Shown: positions 30,396-40,891 of the stretch, piece after piece | Layout: each line of letters begins with the position of its first letter | Position numbering within the stretch: position 1 is the first letter of the stretch | Assembly: GCA_963782115.1 (NCBI GenBank) | Contig: CAWAIK010000001.1 | Location: 832,001-896,000, forward strand | Direction: 5' to 3' | Source: an uncultured Verrucomicrobiae bacterium | Lineage (GTDB): Bacteria > Verrucomicrobiota > Verrucomicrobiia > Chthoniobacterales > JAFAMB01 | Length of the DNA stretch: 64,000 nucleotides | Translations under genes and position numbers: made by a program | Notes under the pieces: generated by a model | The model's input: the letters and a program-made list of their open reading frames with translations, nothing else | Told to the model about the DNA's origin: nothing | Database searches by the model: none

Positions 30396-31784
30396 TCAGA
30401 GTTTTCCCGGCCCGGATTCGACGTGGATCCTGGACAGCTCAGACCGATTGATTTTTCCGCGTTGATTGAACGGGAGCTCGGCCACGATCTGGAACTCTCG
30501 AGGAACCTGCCAGCTGCTGAGTCCCTCGCGACAATGGCTCTCCAGGAGCTGCCGGGAAACAGCGTTCGAGGCCACGACATAAGCAACCAATTCTTCATTG
30601 CGAGTCGCCGACGGAATTCCAAAGACGATGGCGTCGATGACGCCCGGCATTTTTCGGAGGTGCTCTTCGATAATGGCTGGGTGAACCTTTTTTCCGGCGA
30701 TATTCACAAAATCTGAAACGCGGCCGATGAGGTGCAGTCCCAGACTTGACCATTCGATGATGTCTCCAGGGACGAATTGCACCCCGTTCAGCACCTCGAT
30801 GTCTGCATCCGGGAAATAACCGTCGGCAACGTTCGGACCGCGAACGGCGATTCGATCATCGTCGATTTTGGTCACCTCCACTCCGTTCATCGGAATCCCG
30901 ACAAAGCCGCTCGGCCTCTCGAGGTCCTCACTGCGATCATAGGCGATGCCGCCGCACTCTGAAGACCCATAAAAGCTGTGGATCTTAAGTCCGAACTTGC
31001 GGTGGAATTGGCGAGAAATCTCGGGCGCCAACGGAGCGCCTGCGGAAATGCAGAGGCGAACGCTGACAGGTTTGCTGATATCTGACAAAGAAGCAAGCGC
31101 CTGAAACAGGGCCGGCGTTCCGGGAAAGACGGTTGTTCTACAGATCTGCAGGTGGTTATAAACCGCTCGTGGCATTCGATCGGTGGAACACACCAGGCCC
31201 GTCCCCTGATAGAGGAGGGGAGCGATGAGGTTACTGAAACCGTATGAATGGGAAAATGGAATGACTCCGAAATTCACGTCACTCGGACGAATGCCCATCG
31301 TTTTACAGATATTTCGACAGTCGGCGAGGAGTTGGGATTCACGGAATCGCACCGCTCTCGGCGCGCCGGTAGTTCCGGACGTAATTTTCAGGAAATCGGG
31401 TCTGGGGCCGTGCCAGCAAATGGGTGAGCAATCGAAGCGCTGGATCCCAGTCGCCTGAACTAATCCTTGGGCCTGGGTAAACTGCAGGATTCTATCAAGT
31501 TGGGTCGCCTGCAGATCTTCTTCGATTGGTGCGACGACCAGTGCTCGATCCCAGCATGCCAGGAGAAACCCAGGCCAGCTCGGCTCATTTCCGATCGCCG
31601 CAACGATGCAATCGCCGATTGAAAATGCCGATAACCGGCTTCGCCACTCAGCGCGTTCTTCTTCCACCTCCTGGAAGGTGCGCAAAATTGAACAATCGTC
31701 TGAGAAGATCGCTGTCTCCCGGCTTCTGTTCTTTAGAACCTGTTTCCAGAAAGTGTCGAAGAGCCTTTGTTCCACTTGCGTCAC
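30396..31784 (-). CDS. Adenylate-forming enzyme (acyl-CoA synthetase family)
   Basis: [41 protein letters not shown] and terminal GKINR. Confidence 0.9.
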   Translation of the reverse strand: MTQVEQRLFDTFWKQVLKNRSRETAIFSDDCSILRTFQEVEEERAEWRSRLSAFSIGDCIVAAIGNEPSWPGFLLACWDRALVVAPIEEDLQATQLDRILQFTQAQGLVQATGIQRFDCSPICWHGPRPDFLKITSGTTGAPRAVRFRESQLLADCRNICKTMGIRPSDVNFGVIPFSHSYGFSNLIAPLLYQGTGLVCSTDRMPRAVYNHLQICRTTVFPGTPALFQALASLSDISKPVSVRLCISAGAPLAPEISRQFHRKFGLKIHSFYGSSECGGIAYDRSEDLERPSGFVGIPMNGVEVTKIDDDRIAVRGPNVADGYFPDADIEVLNGVQFVPGDIIEWSSLGLHLIGRVSDFVNIAGKKVHPAIIEEHLRKMPGVIDAIVFGIPSATRNEELVAYVVASNAVSRQLLESHCREGLSSWQVPREFQIVAELPFNQRGKINRSELSRIHVESGPGKL

Positions 31785-31828
31785 CTGAACTGTGTGATAG
31801 CTTTCACCTCTTTTTACTCTCTAAAGAC

Positions 31829-32053
31829 ATGAAGGCTGATATCCATCCGAATTATGTAGAGACGACGATCGCTTGCGCTTGTGGCGCTGTCTACCGTACC
31901 CGGTCGACTCGTCGCGATATCAAGATCGGTATATGCGCCGCATGCCATCCCTTTTTTACTGGTGAACAAAAGTTCGTCGACACAGCCGGCCGCGTCGAAA
32001 AATTCGCTCGGCGCTACGGTAAGACTTTGGTTGCCAAGGGCAAGTCGAAGTAG
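31829..32053 (+). CDS. rpmE: 50S ribosomal protein L31 (Zn-binding type)
   Basis: [13 protein letters not shown]...[10 protein letters not shown] and DTAGRVEKF. Confidence 0.97.
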   Translation: MKADIHPNYVETTIACACGAVYRTRSTRRDIKIGICAACHPFFTGEQKFVDTAGRVEKFARRYGKTLVAKGKSK

Positions 32054-32116
32054 GTTTTTGGACCTGGCATTGGAACGGTGACAAGCGCGCGTCGCGCTTT
32101 CACCGTTTTGCCTTTC

Positions 32117-33208
32117 ATGGACTTTGGACCTTTAATCGATCAGAAGCGCGGACGATTCCACGAACTGGAGAAGCAGGTCGCCTCCTCTTCACTTTTCGAG
32201 AATCCAAAACGGGCTCGGGAAGTCCTGCGTGAACATTCAGGCTTGAAATCACTCCTGGAAGATTGGGATCGATTGGAGAAAAGCATCCGTGAGCTGGAAG
32301 AAAATCGGGAATTGGCAACCGGGTCCGATGTGGAATTCGCGGAATTGGCCCAGGCCGAAATTCCGATCCTGGAAGATCGGGTCGGCAAACTCGCCCGCTC
32401 GGTACAATATGCGCTTCTGCCTCCCGAACCCCACGAGGATCGCGATGCGATCATGGAAGTTCGAGCTGGGACAGGTGGAAACGAAGCGGCTCTTTTCGCT
32501 GCGGATCTTTACCGGATGTACTCCAGATATGCCGAAGCGCACGGGTTCAAGATCGAGCAGTTGGAAGGCAGCGCATCGGAGCTGGGTGGCTTCAAGGAAA
32601 TCATCTTCAAGGTGAGTGGGCAGTCCATCTTTCGAGTATTACGATACGAAAGCGGTGTTCATCGTGTGCAGCGGGTTCCGGTGACTGAAGCTCAAGGTCG
32701 TATCCACACCTCGACCGCGACAGTGGCCGTTCTTCCGGAAGCGGAAGAGGTCGATATTGAAATCAGGCCCGAGGATATTCGCATAGAAGTGAGCCGTGCC
32801 GGTGGACCCGGAGGCCAGGGAGTGAACACCACGGATTCCGCAGTTCAGGTCCTGCACATTCCCACGGGCAAAATCGTCCGATGCCAGGATGGTCGCAGCC
32901 AACAGAAGAACAAGGAGAAAGCCCTAGCCATCCTTCGCTCCCGCTTACTTGAGGAAAAGCAGCTGGAGGAAGCGGAGAAATATTCCGCGCACCGGCGAAG
33001 CTTGATCGGATCCGGAGGCCGGGAGGAAAAGATCCGAACCTATAATTTTCCGCAAAACCGCGTCACCGATCACCGTATCGGCCTGACTCTCTACAATCTG
33101 GATCTTTTTATGGAGGGGCAGCTTGACGAAATGGTGAATGCATTGCAGACCAGCGACATGGAGCAACGGCTGAAAGAAGCGGGCCTCAATTCAGTTGCCA
33201 GTGTCTGA
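32117..33208 (+). CDS. prfA: Peptide chain release factor 1
   Basis: HRVQRVPVTE (PxT motif), GGQ and IRTYNFPQNRVTDHRI. Confidence 0.97.
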   Translation: MDFGPLIDQKRGRFHELEKQVASSSLFENPKRAREVLREHSGLKSLLEDWDRLEKSIRELEENRELATGSDVEFAELAQAEIPILEDRVGKLARSVQYALLPPEPHEDRDAIMEVRAGTGGNEAALFAADLYRMYSRYAEAHGFKIEQLEGSASELGGFKEIIFKVSGQSIFRVLRYESGVHRVQRVPVTEAQGRIHTSTATVAVLPEAEEVDIEIRPEDIRIEVSRAGGPGGQGVNTTDSAVQVLHIPTGKIVRCQDGRSQQKNKEKALAILRSRLLEEKQLEEAEKYSAHRRSLIGSGGREEKIRTYNFPQNRVTDHRIGLTLYNLDLFMEGQLDEMVNALQTSDMEQRLKEAGLNSVASV

Positions 33209-33360
33209 TGAGGTGACAGTAGTCAGTTGCCAGTTCTCAGTGTCAGTGTCAGTTGCCAGCGAGACCGGCAGGGAGATTACTGCTTCTTCTCGCGAATCGA
33301 CGGGTTATTCCCACTGACACTGACAACTGGCAACTAGCAACTTCTTCCGCAACTTCTTCC
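33191..33360. repeat. Inverted heptamer arms around a 52-bp spacer, between prfA and prmC
   Basis: Left arm tcagttgccag...tcagtgtcagtgtcagttgccag (to 33259). Right arm cactgacactgacaactggcaacta plus gcaacttcttcc x2 (33312-33360). Confidence 0.88.
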
Positions 33361-34206
33361 ATGACCGTTCTTGAGCTCTTGCAAACCACGACAGCCTATT
33401 TTGGCAAAAAAGGGGTGGAACAACCTCGGTTGAACATCGAGCATCTTTTGGCGGACACCCTCGGAAAGAAGCGGATCGAGCTCTATCTCGAATTTGATCG
33501 TTCTCTGTCCGCCCGAGAGCTGGAGCCCTTGCGGGAAAAGGTACGGAGACGGGCGGAGGGTGAGCCGTTGCAGCATCTCCTGGGTCACTGGGATTTTTTT
33601 GGTCGCACCTTTAAGACCGATCGTCGCGCTCTGATTCCTCGATCCGAAACGGAACTCCTTGTCGAAACAATGCTAAAGGAATTCGCGAGCTGCGGAGATT
33701 CCGTAAATCGCCTGGTAGATGTCGGCACCGGATGTGGGATCCTGGCGATTACCTTTGCCTTGGAACGGCCAGGGCTCGAGGTCTCGGCCGTTGATCTCTC
33801 GGAGGATGCCCTTGCATTGGCGCGTGAAAACGCCGAGAGGCTGGGGGTCTCGGACCGGATCGCATTCCGCCATTCGAATCTGCTCGACCAGATGGAAGGC
33901 CCGTTCCATTGGATCGCGGCGAATCTCCCCTACATTCCGACGGCGGATCTTAGCGCGCTGCAACGTGAGGTAAAATTCGATCCGTCGCTTGCTTTGGATG
34001 GAGGCAAAGATGGGTTGACGATTATTAAAAGGCTGATTGACTCACTTCCTGGCAAGATCGCATCAAACGGTATGATCGCCCTTGAGCTCGGGAAGGGACA
34101 GGCTCAACGAGTATTGCGTTTTTTAGCTGACCAGAATTATCGCGACATCTCAATCAGGAAGGATTACCAAGGAGTCGAGCGGCTTCTCATCGCAAGGTAT
34201 GGATAA
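33361..34206 (+). CDS. prmC: Release factor glutamine methyltransferase
   Basis: EPLQHLLG, ALIPRSETE, DVGTGCG, NLPY and ALDGGKDGL. Follows prfA. Confidence 0.95.
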   Translation: MTVLELLQTTTAYFGKKGVEQPRLNIEHLLADTLGKKRIELYLEFDRSLSARELEPLREKVRRRAEGEPLQHLLGHWDFFGRTFKTDRRALIPRSETELLVETMLKEFASCGDSVNRLVDVGTGCGILAITFALERPGLEVSAVDLSEDALALARENAERLGVSDRIAFRHSNLLDQMEGPFHWIAANLPYIPTADLSALQREVKFDPSLALDGGKDGLTIIKRLIDSLPGKIASNGMIALELGKGQAQRVLRFLADQNYRDISIRKDYQGVERLLIARYG

Positions 34207-35458
34207 AATCATCATTCGTGGTGGGCATCCTTTGACAGGGTCAGTCAAAATTAGCGGTTCGAAAAACTCGGCTTTACCCATTCTGGCAGCAACGCTTTTG
34301 ACGAAAGAGAGCTGCGTGATCCAGCGTGTGCCGGACCTGAGCGATGTTCATTATATGCTGCAGATTTTGGCGCACCTGGGTGCTGAGGTGGAGCGAGCCA
34401 GCGGGATTGTGACCGTAAAAGCCGAAAAGGTGAATAGTGTGGCTCCGTACGAAATTGTTCGAAAAATGCGGGCATCGGTTTGCGTTCTCGGACCGCTCCT
34501 TGGCCGGGAAAAGGAGGCCACCGTTTCGCTGCCCGGAGGTTGTGTCATAGGAGACCGGCCAATCGATCTGCATCTGCGCGGATTCCAGGCACTGGGCGCC
34601 GCCGTACGTGTCCATGGGGGTAACGTCAAGGTTTTCGCTCCATGGCTTCACGGAGCGACAATTTCGCTCAAAGGGAAATTCGGTACGACTGTACTGGGAA
34701 CCGATAACATTATCATGGCCGCGGTTCTTGCCGATGGCACAACCATCATCGAGGATGCCGCGTGCGAGCCTGAGGTTGTTGACCTGGCTAATTTTCTCAA
34801 CAAGATGGGTGCAAAAATCGAAGGAGCTGGGACGCCGCGCATGGTGATCGAAGGAGTTAAGGAATTGCATGGCGCGGAACACGAGGTTATCCCGGACCGG
34901 ATTGAGGCAGGAACATTTCTCATCGCCGGCGCGATTGCGGGCAAGGCGGTCACCGTCAACCGGGTAAGAGCCGATCACTTGACTGCGGTTACCGACGCGT
35001 TGCAGGCTTGCGGATTCCGGCTCAGTGGAACCAACGGTTCGCTGGTCATTCGCCCTAACGGAAGCACAAAATCATTGAATCTGAAGACCCAACCGTACCC
35101 GGGGTTTCCGACCGATATGCAGGCTCAGATGTGCGCCTTACTCTCGACTGCCGCCGGAGAGAGTTCGGTGACAGAAAGCATCTTTCCTCAGCGCTTTATG
35201 CATGTTTCCGAGCTGAAACGAATGGGAGCAACCATCGAACTGGATGGTGCTACGGCAAACATCAGGGGCGTGGACAACTTGAGCGGGGCGCCTGTGATGG
35301 CGAGCGATCTTCGGGCCTCGGCGGCATTGATTCTGGCAGGCTTGCTCGCCGACGGAACGACGGAAATCAACCGCGTCTACCACATCGATCGCGGGTACGA
35401 GATGATCGATGAAAAGCTCGGTGAACTCGGGGCGCAAATCGAACGGATCAAAGTGTAG
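34199..35458 (+). CDS. murA: UDP-N-acetylglucosamine 1-carboxyvinyltransferase
   Basis: SGSKNSALP, LPGGCVIGDRP, PGFPTDMQ and HIDRGYE. Confidence 0.97.
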   Translation: MDKIIIRGGHPLTGSVKISGSKNSALPILAATLLTKESCVIQRVPDLSDVHYMLQILAHLGAEVERASGIVTVKAEKVNSVAPYEIVRKMRASVCVLGPLLGREKEATVSLPGGCVIGDRPIDLHLRGFQALGAAVRVHGGNVKVFAPWLHGATISLKGKFGTTVLGTDNIIMAAVLADGTTIIEDAACEPEVVDLANFLNKMGAKIEGAGTPRMVIEGVKELHGAEHEVIPDRIEAGTFLIAGAIAGKAVTVNRVRADHLTAVTDALQACGFRLSGTNGSLVIRPNGSTKSLNLKTQPYPGFPTDMQAQMCALLSTAAGESSVTESIFPQRFMHVSELKRMGATIELDGATANIRGVDNLSGAPVMASDLRASAALILAGLLADGTTEINRVYHIDRGYEMIDEKLGELGAQIERIKV

Positions 35459-35485
35459 AGAGATTTCTTGGAACGAGGCTGGCGA

Positions 35486-36004
35486 CTACTGTTTCTGCAA
35501 AAACAGGTAGATTGCTCGATACCTCACTTTGGCGGTATCAGCCTGACTTTTCGGCGCTTCCTCTGGAGCGACGCCGCCCGATGTCGCAATACGGACCACA
35601 TAGTCGATCTTGCTCAGTAGTCCGGCCTCGGGTCTGGACTTGGCAGCCACTAACAACCAGGGGATATTTCCGCCCTCCGGCGCCTTTACCGTCTTGAGCG
35701 GGGGTAAACTCCCCACCAGTTGGCTCCCATCGTTCAGAGACCAGGTCGGCCCCCCGTAATGCCTTCCGAGGACTTCGCCGGTCAAGCTCTTGAGCTCAGC
35801 CTCGGGCGCCTTGAGCACCCATTCGTAAGCTCCGGTGGAATTAGGCTTGCTTTCATAGATTTGAGCACCTTCTCCGGCAACCGCCAGTACGACGCTGGTT
35901 TTTTCCGGCAAGGGTACACCCTGGAATTCTGCTGCGGGAGCCGCAAAGCGTATTCCGAAGCAAAGGAAGAAGAGAACACAGATCCACAGCTTGTGAGCGA
36001 CCAT
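35486..36004 (-). CDS. DUF3455 family exported protein
   Basis: GAQIY, KAPEAEL, HYGGPTW, IPWLL and TSGGVAP. Confidence 0.8.
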   Translation of the reverse strand: MVAHKLWICVLFFLCFGIRFAAPAAEFQGVPLPEKTSVVLAVAGEGAQIYESKPNSTGAYEWVLKAPEAELKSLTGEVLGRHYGGPTWSLNDGSQLVGSLPPLKTVKAPEGGNIPWLLVAAKSRPEAGLLSKIDYVVRIATSGGVAPEEAPKSQADTAKVRYRAIYLFLQKQ

Positions 36005-36104
36005 TTGAAGGCTGAAACTGGCATGCGGAACCGGGCTGTGCAAGTACGCGCGTCGCCGGTTGCGGAATGTCCCGTTTTGGCCTCGGCGCATCGGCTTGGT
36101 TTGG

Positions 36105-36953
36105 TCAGGGTTCATGGAGAAAAGTTTGGGCCGCAGAAGCGTTTCGGGAGGCGAGCAGGCTTCTGCTGAGCGAAGTGGCCAAAACGATTGTCCCGCCGAC
36201 AATCGACCAGAAGGCAGGGTGTTCGCTCGTCGCGAGCATCACCCAAATGGGATTCAGGATCGGTTCAATGGTGCTGATGATGGATGCGTCGAGGGCTCGG
36301 ACGTGCCGGATCGCTACCGAATAGAGTAGATACGGGATCGTCAACTGCACGACACCCAAGAGGAGGAGGCGCGGACCGTTCTGTTCAATCCTCAGAATGG
36401 GGAACATCCACGGCAGCGCCATCAGGAAGGTGACGAAATTGCCCAGGAGCACCACTGCTTCTGGCGATCCTGCTCTCTGATGCCGCATAAGAACCGTTAA
36501 CCATGCGAAAGCGAAGCCGCTGCCGAGCGCTGCGATCACACCTGAAAGACCTTGGAGACTGAGTTGGTCGAGAAAAAAAAGACCCACACCTGAAAGAGCT
36601 AGCAGGACGAGCAGCCAATCCTGCCATGGGGTGCGCTCGCCCAGGAACCAGGGACTGATCATCGCGATATAAATTGGAGCGGTGTATTGAAGAAAGATCG
36701 CATTGGCTGCTGTGGTGAGCTTTGTTGCCACGACGAAGAGAAAGACAGTTGCCGAATAGGCGATCGCCCCAGGGATGGTTAGCCACGAGATCTTTCGGAG
36801 AACACCGGGCATTGCCAGGCTTATGATGACCGTGGCGATCAGGCTACGTGCGCCGGCGATCGCCACGGGAGTCAAATCAATGGACTTAATCAGGACGCCG
36901 CCAAGGGACCAGAGAACTGCCGCAGCGAGTAGGAGCAGAACGTGCCTGTTCAA
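36105..36953 (-). CDS. DMT/EamA family transporter
   Basis: About 10 TM helices, ANAIFLQYTAP and IEPILNPIW. Confidence 0.9.
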   Translation of the reverse strand: MNRHVLLLLAAAVLWSLGGVLIKSIDLTPVAIAGARSLIATVIISLAMPGVLRKISWLTIPGAIAYSATVFLFVVATKLTTAANAIFLQYTAPIYIAMISPWFLGERTPWQDWLLVLLALSGVGLFFLDQLSLQGLSGVIAALGSGFAFAWLTVLMRHQRAGSPEAVVLLGNFVTFLMALPWMFPILRIEQNGPRLLLLGVVQLTIPYLLYSVAIRHVRALDASIISTIEPILNPIWVMLATSEHPAFWSIVGGTIVLATSLSRSLLASRNASAAQTFLHEP

Positions 36954-36976
36954 CGCAAGATGATGACGCTTGGCAA

Positions 36977-36998
36977 ACGCCGATACGCCGACACGCCC
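36977..36998 (-). repeat. Octamer tract ACGCCGA(T/C)
   Basis: acgccgat acgccgac acgccc. Same family as 28935-28954 and 52851-52882. Confidence 0.65.
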
Positions 36999-37034
36999 TC
37001 ACCTCTTCCCGCCGGGAACAGGACACTAGTAGTA

Positions 37035-38282
37035 TTAGTCCAATGCGCGGAATGCCAGCGTTGCATTATGTCCACCAAAACCAAACGAATTGTTTAGTGC
37101 GAGGCGAACCTTCTTTGTTCGAGCCACGTTTGGAACGTAATCGAGATCGCAATCCGGATCAGGATTATCCAGGTTGATGGTGGGCGGAACAATTCCGTTC
37201 TTTATTGCCAGGATGCAAACGGCGCTTTCCACACCGCCGGCGCCCCCCAGCAGATGCCCGGTCATCGATTTGGTTGAACTAACGAGGAGACCTTCCTTTG
37301 CGTAGTGACCCGCGAGCAGCTTAATCGCGTTGGTTTCGCAAACGTCTCCAACCGTGGTCGAGGTAGCGTGCGCATTGATGTAGTCGATTTCAGCAACGTT
37401 TACACCGGCGTAATCCAGCGCTAACTGCATCGCCCGAGCGACGGGTGTACCGTCCGGCCGAGGAGAAGTCATGTGGTACGCGTCTGAGGTCAGGCCATAT
37501 CCCGCCAGCTCACAGTAAATCTGAGCGCCACGCGCCTTTGCTCGCTCGTACTCCTCAAGAACAAGAATCCCAGCGCCCTCTCCCATCACGAACCCATCCC
37601 GGTCCCGGTCGAATGGCCGTGACGCCTTCTCCGGCTCGTTGTTCCGAGTACTCATTGCTCGCATCGAACAAAAGCCGGCAATTCCCAGCTGGCAAATTAC
37701 GGCTTCCGATCCACCCGCGAGAAATCCGTCAGCGTCCCCGTAGCGGATCATGCGCCAAGCCTCTCCGATGGAATTCGCGGCTGTCGCACAGGCGGTGACG
37801 ATCGAAAAATTGGGTCCTTCGAGGTCGTACTCCATAGAGATCAACCCGCTCGCCATGTTCACGATCATCATTGGGACCATGAATGGAGAGACCCGGGATG
37901 CACCCTTGTTCATGAGAACGGTATGCTGATCTTCCAGGCTCTTGAGGCCGCCAATTCCGCTGCCCACCAGCACGCCAAACCGCGTGCGATCAATCTTCGC
38001 GAGATCGAGCCCGCAGTCTTCGATTGCCAGCTTGGCAGCCGCCATTGCAAATTGCGCAAATCGATCTGCACGCCTTACGTCCTTCGGATTCTTGAAATAG
38101 AGCGAAGGCTGGAAATCGGGAATCTCCCCGGCAATATGGCAATCGAAAGTGGAGGAGTCGAATTGGGTAATTTGGCCAATACCGCTCTTTCCGTTCACCA
38201 GGTTTTCCCAGAACGATTTCAAATCGCTTCCAATCGGGGAAACAACGCCAATGCCGGTTACAACGACTCGTCGATTACTCAT
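37035..38282 (-). CDS. fabF: 3-oxoacyl-ACP synthase II
   Basis: RRVVVTGIG, TACA, NAHATST, GHLLG and NSFGFGGHN. Confidence 0.97.
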   Translation of the reverse strand: MSNRRVVVTGIGVVSPIGSDLKSFWENLVNGKSGIGQITQFDSSTFDCHIAGEIPDFQPSLYFKNPKDVRRADRFAQFAMAAAKLAIEDCGLDLAKIDRTRFGVLVGSGIGGLKSLEDQHTVLMNKGASRVSPFMVPMMIVNMASGLISMEYDLEGPNFSIVTACATAANSIGEAWRMIRYGDADGFLAGGSEAVICQLGIAGFCSMRAMSTRNNEPEKASRPFDRDRDGFVMGEGAGILVLEEYERAKARGAQIYCELAGYGLTSDAYHMTSPRPDGTPVARAMQLALDYAGVNVAEIDYINAHATSTTVGDVCETNAIKLLAGHYAKEGLLVSSTKSMTGHLLGGAGGVESAVCILAIKNGIVPPTINLDNPDPDCDLDYVPNVARTKKVRLALNNSFGFGGHNATLAFRALD

Positions 38283-38351
38283 GAGGCTCCGATACGGCGT
38301 TAGTCTGCAAAATGGGGTTAAGCAACAGAAATCTGAAGCTGAAATATGGAC

Positions 38352-39536
38352 TCAGGTGTTTCTCGATCCCATGCCGACCATCTGGACCTGCTGAAAGAGT
38401 TTTCCTTCGGTTCGGATGGACGGTGCAATGATGATTTCGGTCTCCTGGAACTCGCGGAGATCGGCAGCGCCGACGTTTCCCATGCAGGTCGTAATGGCTC
38501 CGACCAGATTTTGACTTCCGTCGTCTACGTCTGCGGGACCGAACAGGATCTGTCGCAGGGGTCCGGTCGTACCGACCCTGATTCGCGTGCCACGGGGCAG
38601 ATTGGCATGCGGCGTTGCCATACCCCAATGATAACCTTTGCCTGGTGCTTCGATCGCCTTCGCGAAAGCGCTGCCGATCATGACTGCATCTGCGCCGCAC
38701 GCGAGAGCCTTGCAGACGTCGCCGCCCTTGCTCATTCCCCCGTCCGTGATGATCGGGATATAGTTGCGTGTCTTCTTGAAATGGTAGTCGCGTGCAGCAG
38801 CGCAATCTACGGTGGCCGTTACCTGCGGTACGCCCAACCCGAGGACTCCTCTCGACGTACAGGCTGCTCCGGGTCCGACCCCAATAAGCACACCCGCAAC
38901 GCCGCACTCAATGATCTCCAGCATTACGGCGTACCCAACGGTGTTGCCGACAATGACGGGACACTTCAGCTCTCGGCAGAATTCCTTAAGATTAAGTGAT
39001 TTGTATTCAGTGGAAATATGCCGCACCGTCGAAACCGTGCTTTGGACGACGAACACGTCCACCCCCGCTTCCTGGGCAATCTGTCCGTAACGCTCTGCTT
39101 TTTGCGGGATGGAACTGACGGCAGAGATCACCCCGGCGTCCTTAACCTCTTTAATGCGCGCGGCAATCAGATCCTCCTGGACCGGTTCCTGGTAAATCTT
39201 CTGTAGAAGGCCTGTCACGTGTTCCTTATCGGCTTCCAGGACTTTCAGCAGAACCTCCCGAGGATTTTTATACCGGGTTTGGACTCCCTCCAGATTCAGC
39301 ACCGCCAACCCACCCAGTTTGCCCATTTCGATCGCGAAATTTACGTCGACAACTCCGTCCATCGCGCTGGCAAGGATCGGAATTGCCAGCTTGAGCGGCT
39401 CCATTTTCTTTCGGGGTACGCTGAACGTGATATCAACTTCGTTTGGATTGATTGTCACGCTACCGGGGACCAGTGCGATCTCATCGAAACCGTATGTCGT
39501 ACGGGCTTTTCGATTTCGCCCGATGAACATTGCCAT
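38352..39536 (-). CDS. guaB3: GuaB3 family IMP dehydrogenase-related protein
   Basis: YGFDEIALVPG, SAMDGVV, GPGAACTSR and WGMATPHANLPRGTRI. No CBS domains. Confidence 0.9.
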   Translation of the reverse strand: MAMFIGRNRKARTTYGFDEIALVPGSVTINPNEVDITFSVPRKKMEPLKLAIPILASAMDGVVDVNFAIEMGKLGGLAVLNLEGVQTRYKNPREVLLKVLEADKEHVTGLLQKIYQEPVQEDLIAARIKEVKDAGVISAVSSIPQKAERYGQIAQEAGVDVFVVQSTVSTVRHISTEYKSLNLKEFCRELKCPVIVGNTVGYAVMLEIIECGVAGVLIGVGPGAACTSRGVLGLGVPQVTATVDCAAARDYHFKKTRNYIPIITDGGMSKGGDVCKALACGADAVMIGSAFAKAIEAPGKGYHWGMATPHANLPRGTRIRVGTTGPLRQILFGPADVDDGSQNLVGAITTCMGNVGAADLREFQETEIIIAPSIRTEGKLFQQVQMVGMGSRNT

Positions 39537-39540
39537 AGCG

Positions 39541-39780
39541 TTAAAGTCCTCCTATTTTAAGTCTCTCGTTCAAACTGCCGCAACGAGGGCATCGCGGTAG
39601 CAGTTTATTGGTTTTGTCTTCGAAAATAGAGGCACAGATGGTGCATCGAACCCGGTAACGCAAGGCCTCTTTCTCGCGACGTCGGCGCAGCCATTCATAA
39701 ACTATCCAGAGCGAAAAGACCGCCGCAAGGAAAACGATGAGGTAGATAAAGACCAGTACCGGCAGTTCAACTCGAATCAC
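39541..39780 (-). CDS. Small membrane protein with CxxC...CxxC zinc ribbon
   Basis: N-terminal TM helix, CTIC...CPRC, and overlap with the upstream gene stop. Confidence 0.75.
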   Translation of the reverse strand: MIRVELPVLVFIYLIVFLAAVFSLWIVYEWLRRRREKEALRYRVRCTICASIFEDKTNKLLPRCPRCGSLNERLKIGGL

Positions 39781-40490
39781 GGCTGAGCTCCTCCCCAGTG
39801 CAGCCTAACCACTCCCCAGTTCCGGTTTGGACCCGGTTCGAACTTTACCGTGCGGATGAAATCCTCTGCTTTCTGATCGAGTGAACCATTCTCGCTCGAT
39901 TGCGTCAGAAAAACATAATCGGCTTTTCCCTCGGGACTGACACCAACAAAGATCGAAGTCGGCTCTGATAGAGCCGAACTGGTTGGCAATCCCGGCAAAG
40001 ACGCCGGAATTCGCGATTGAAGCGTTGACGCAACCTCCAGCCGCGTCGGAAACGTCTTTATTGTAAGCTCTTCTTGCGGATGGGACCGCATCGGCAAAAG
40101 AGTCTCGGCGGAAAACAGCGATGGAATTCCCTGTTCTTGCGTTTTGGTGGATTCCGAGCGCTTCAACTCAACGGAGAGTGTTGAAAAAACGGACTTATAC
40201 CGAGGAGTCACCTGCGCGATTACCCGCGAATCGAATTTGGGTGCGCTAACAGTCGCTGGATCATTCATGGCGACCCAGTCCAACAAGCTCTTGTCCTGCG
40301 GCCTGTTTGGGTCCAGAACCGTCACTTGCGCTGAGGGGGGGAGGAGGGATGTGGTCGCCGGGTAAACCACGCGAAAAATATAAAAACAGAAGATGTGTGC
40401 GAAGAACGAGATGGCGATCAGAACGGGTAAACGATAGTCCCAGCGGCTTTTTCGCCAATCGAATATCAAACGCGCTTCCGGCTGATTCAT
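39777..40490 (-). CDS. TonB-like energy transducer (TM anchor plus TonB_C-like domain)
   Basis: TM helix with SFFAH, and C-terminal VSPEGKADYVFLTQSS..SLDQKAEDFIRTVKFEP. Confidence 0.65.
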   Translation of the reverse strand: MNQPEARLIFDWRKSRWDYRLPVLIAISFFAHIFCFYIFRVVYPATTSLLPPSAQVTVLDPNRPQDKSLLDWVAMNDPATVSAPKFDSRVIAQVTPRYKSVFSTLSVELKRSESTKTQEQGIPSLFSAETLLPMRSHPQEELTIKTFPTRLEVASTLQSRIPASLPGLPTSSALSEPTSIFVGVSPEGKADYVFLTQSSENGSLDQKAEDFIRTVKFEPGPNRNWGVVRLHWGGAQP

Positions 40491-40891
40491 GGTTTGTTCG
40501 GCGAAGTCGCAAGCACTACCGAATAACCGTCTTCCAGGCAGAGATTCATGACCTCGACAACGGTTCCTTGGGGAGTCAAACGATCAGCCTGGATGATAAT
40601 CGATCGGTCCGGGGAATGGTCCTCTTCGAGGCGGTGCGCAAGGTCCGCGAGGCTTATCTGCTGATCGCGGTAGTAGACCAGCGGATAAGGGCCAGGGGTA
40701 ATGCTGACAATGATCGGGTTCCTTTGCGGCCCCAGCGTAAACTTCGAAAAGGGGAGATTTACGATGATTCCTGGATGCAGGAGAAAGGTCGAACTGACGA
40801 GGAACAGCAGTAGCAGCAGGAAACAAAGATCCACCAGCGGAATGAGGAAGATCAGAAAAGGGTTCAGATGGACGGATCGGATCAGCTTCAT
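40487..40891 (-). CDS. exbD: ExbD/TolR biopolymer transporter
   Basis: IPLVDLCFLLLLLF with the conserved Asp, and IIQADR. Confidence 0.88.
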   Translation of the reverse strand: MKLIRSVHLNPFLIFLIPLVDLCFLLLLLFLVSSTFLLHPGIIVNLPFSKFTLGPQRNPIIVSITPGPYPLVYYRDQQISLADLAHRLEEDHSPDRSIIIQADRLTPQGTVVEVMNLCLEDGYSVVLATSPNKP

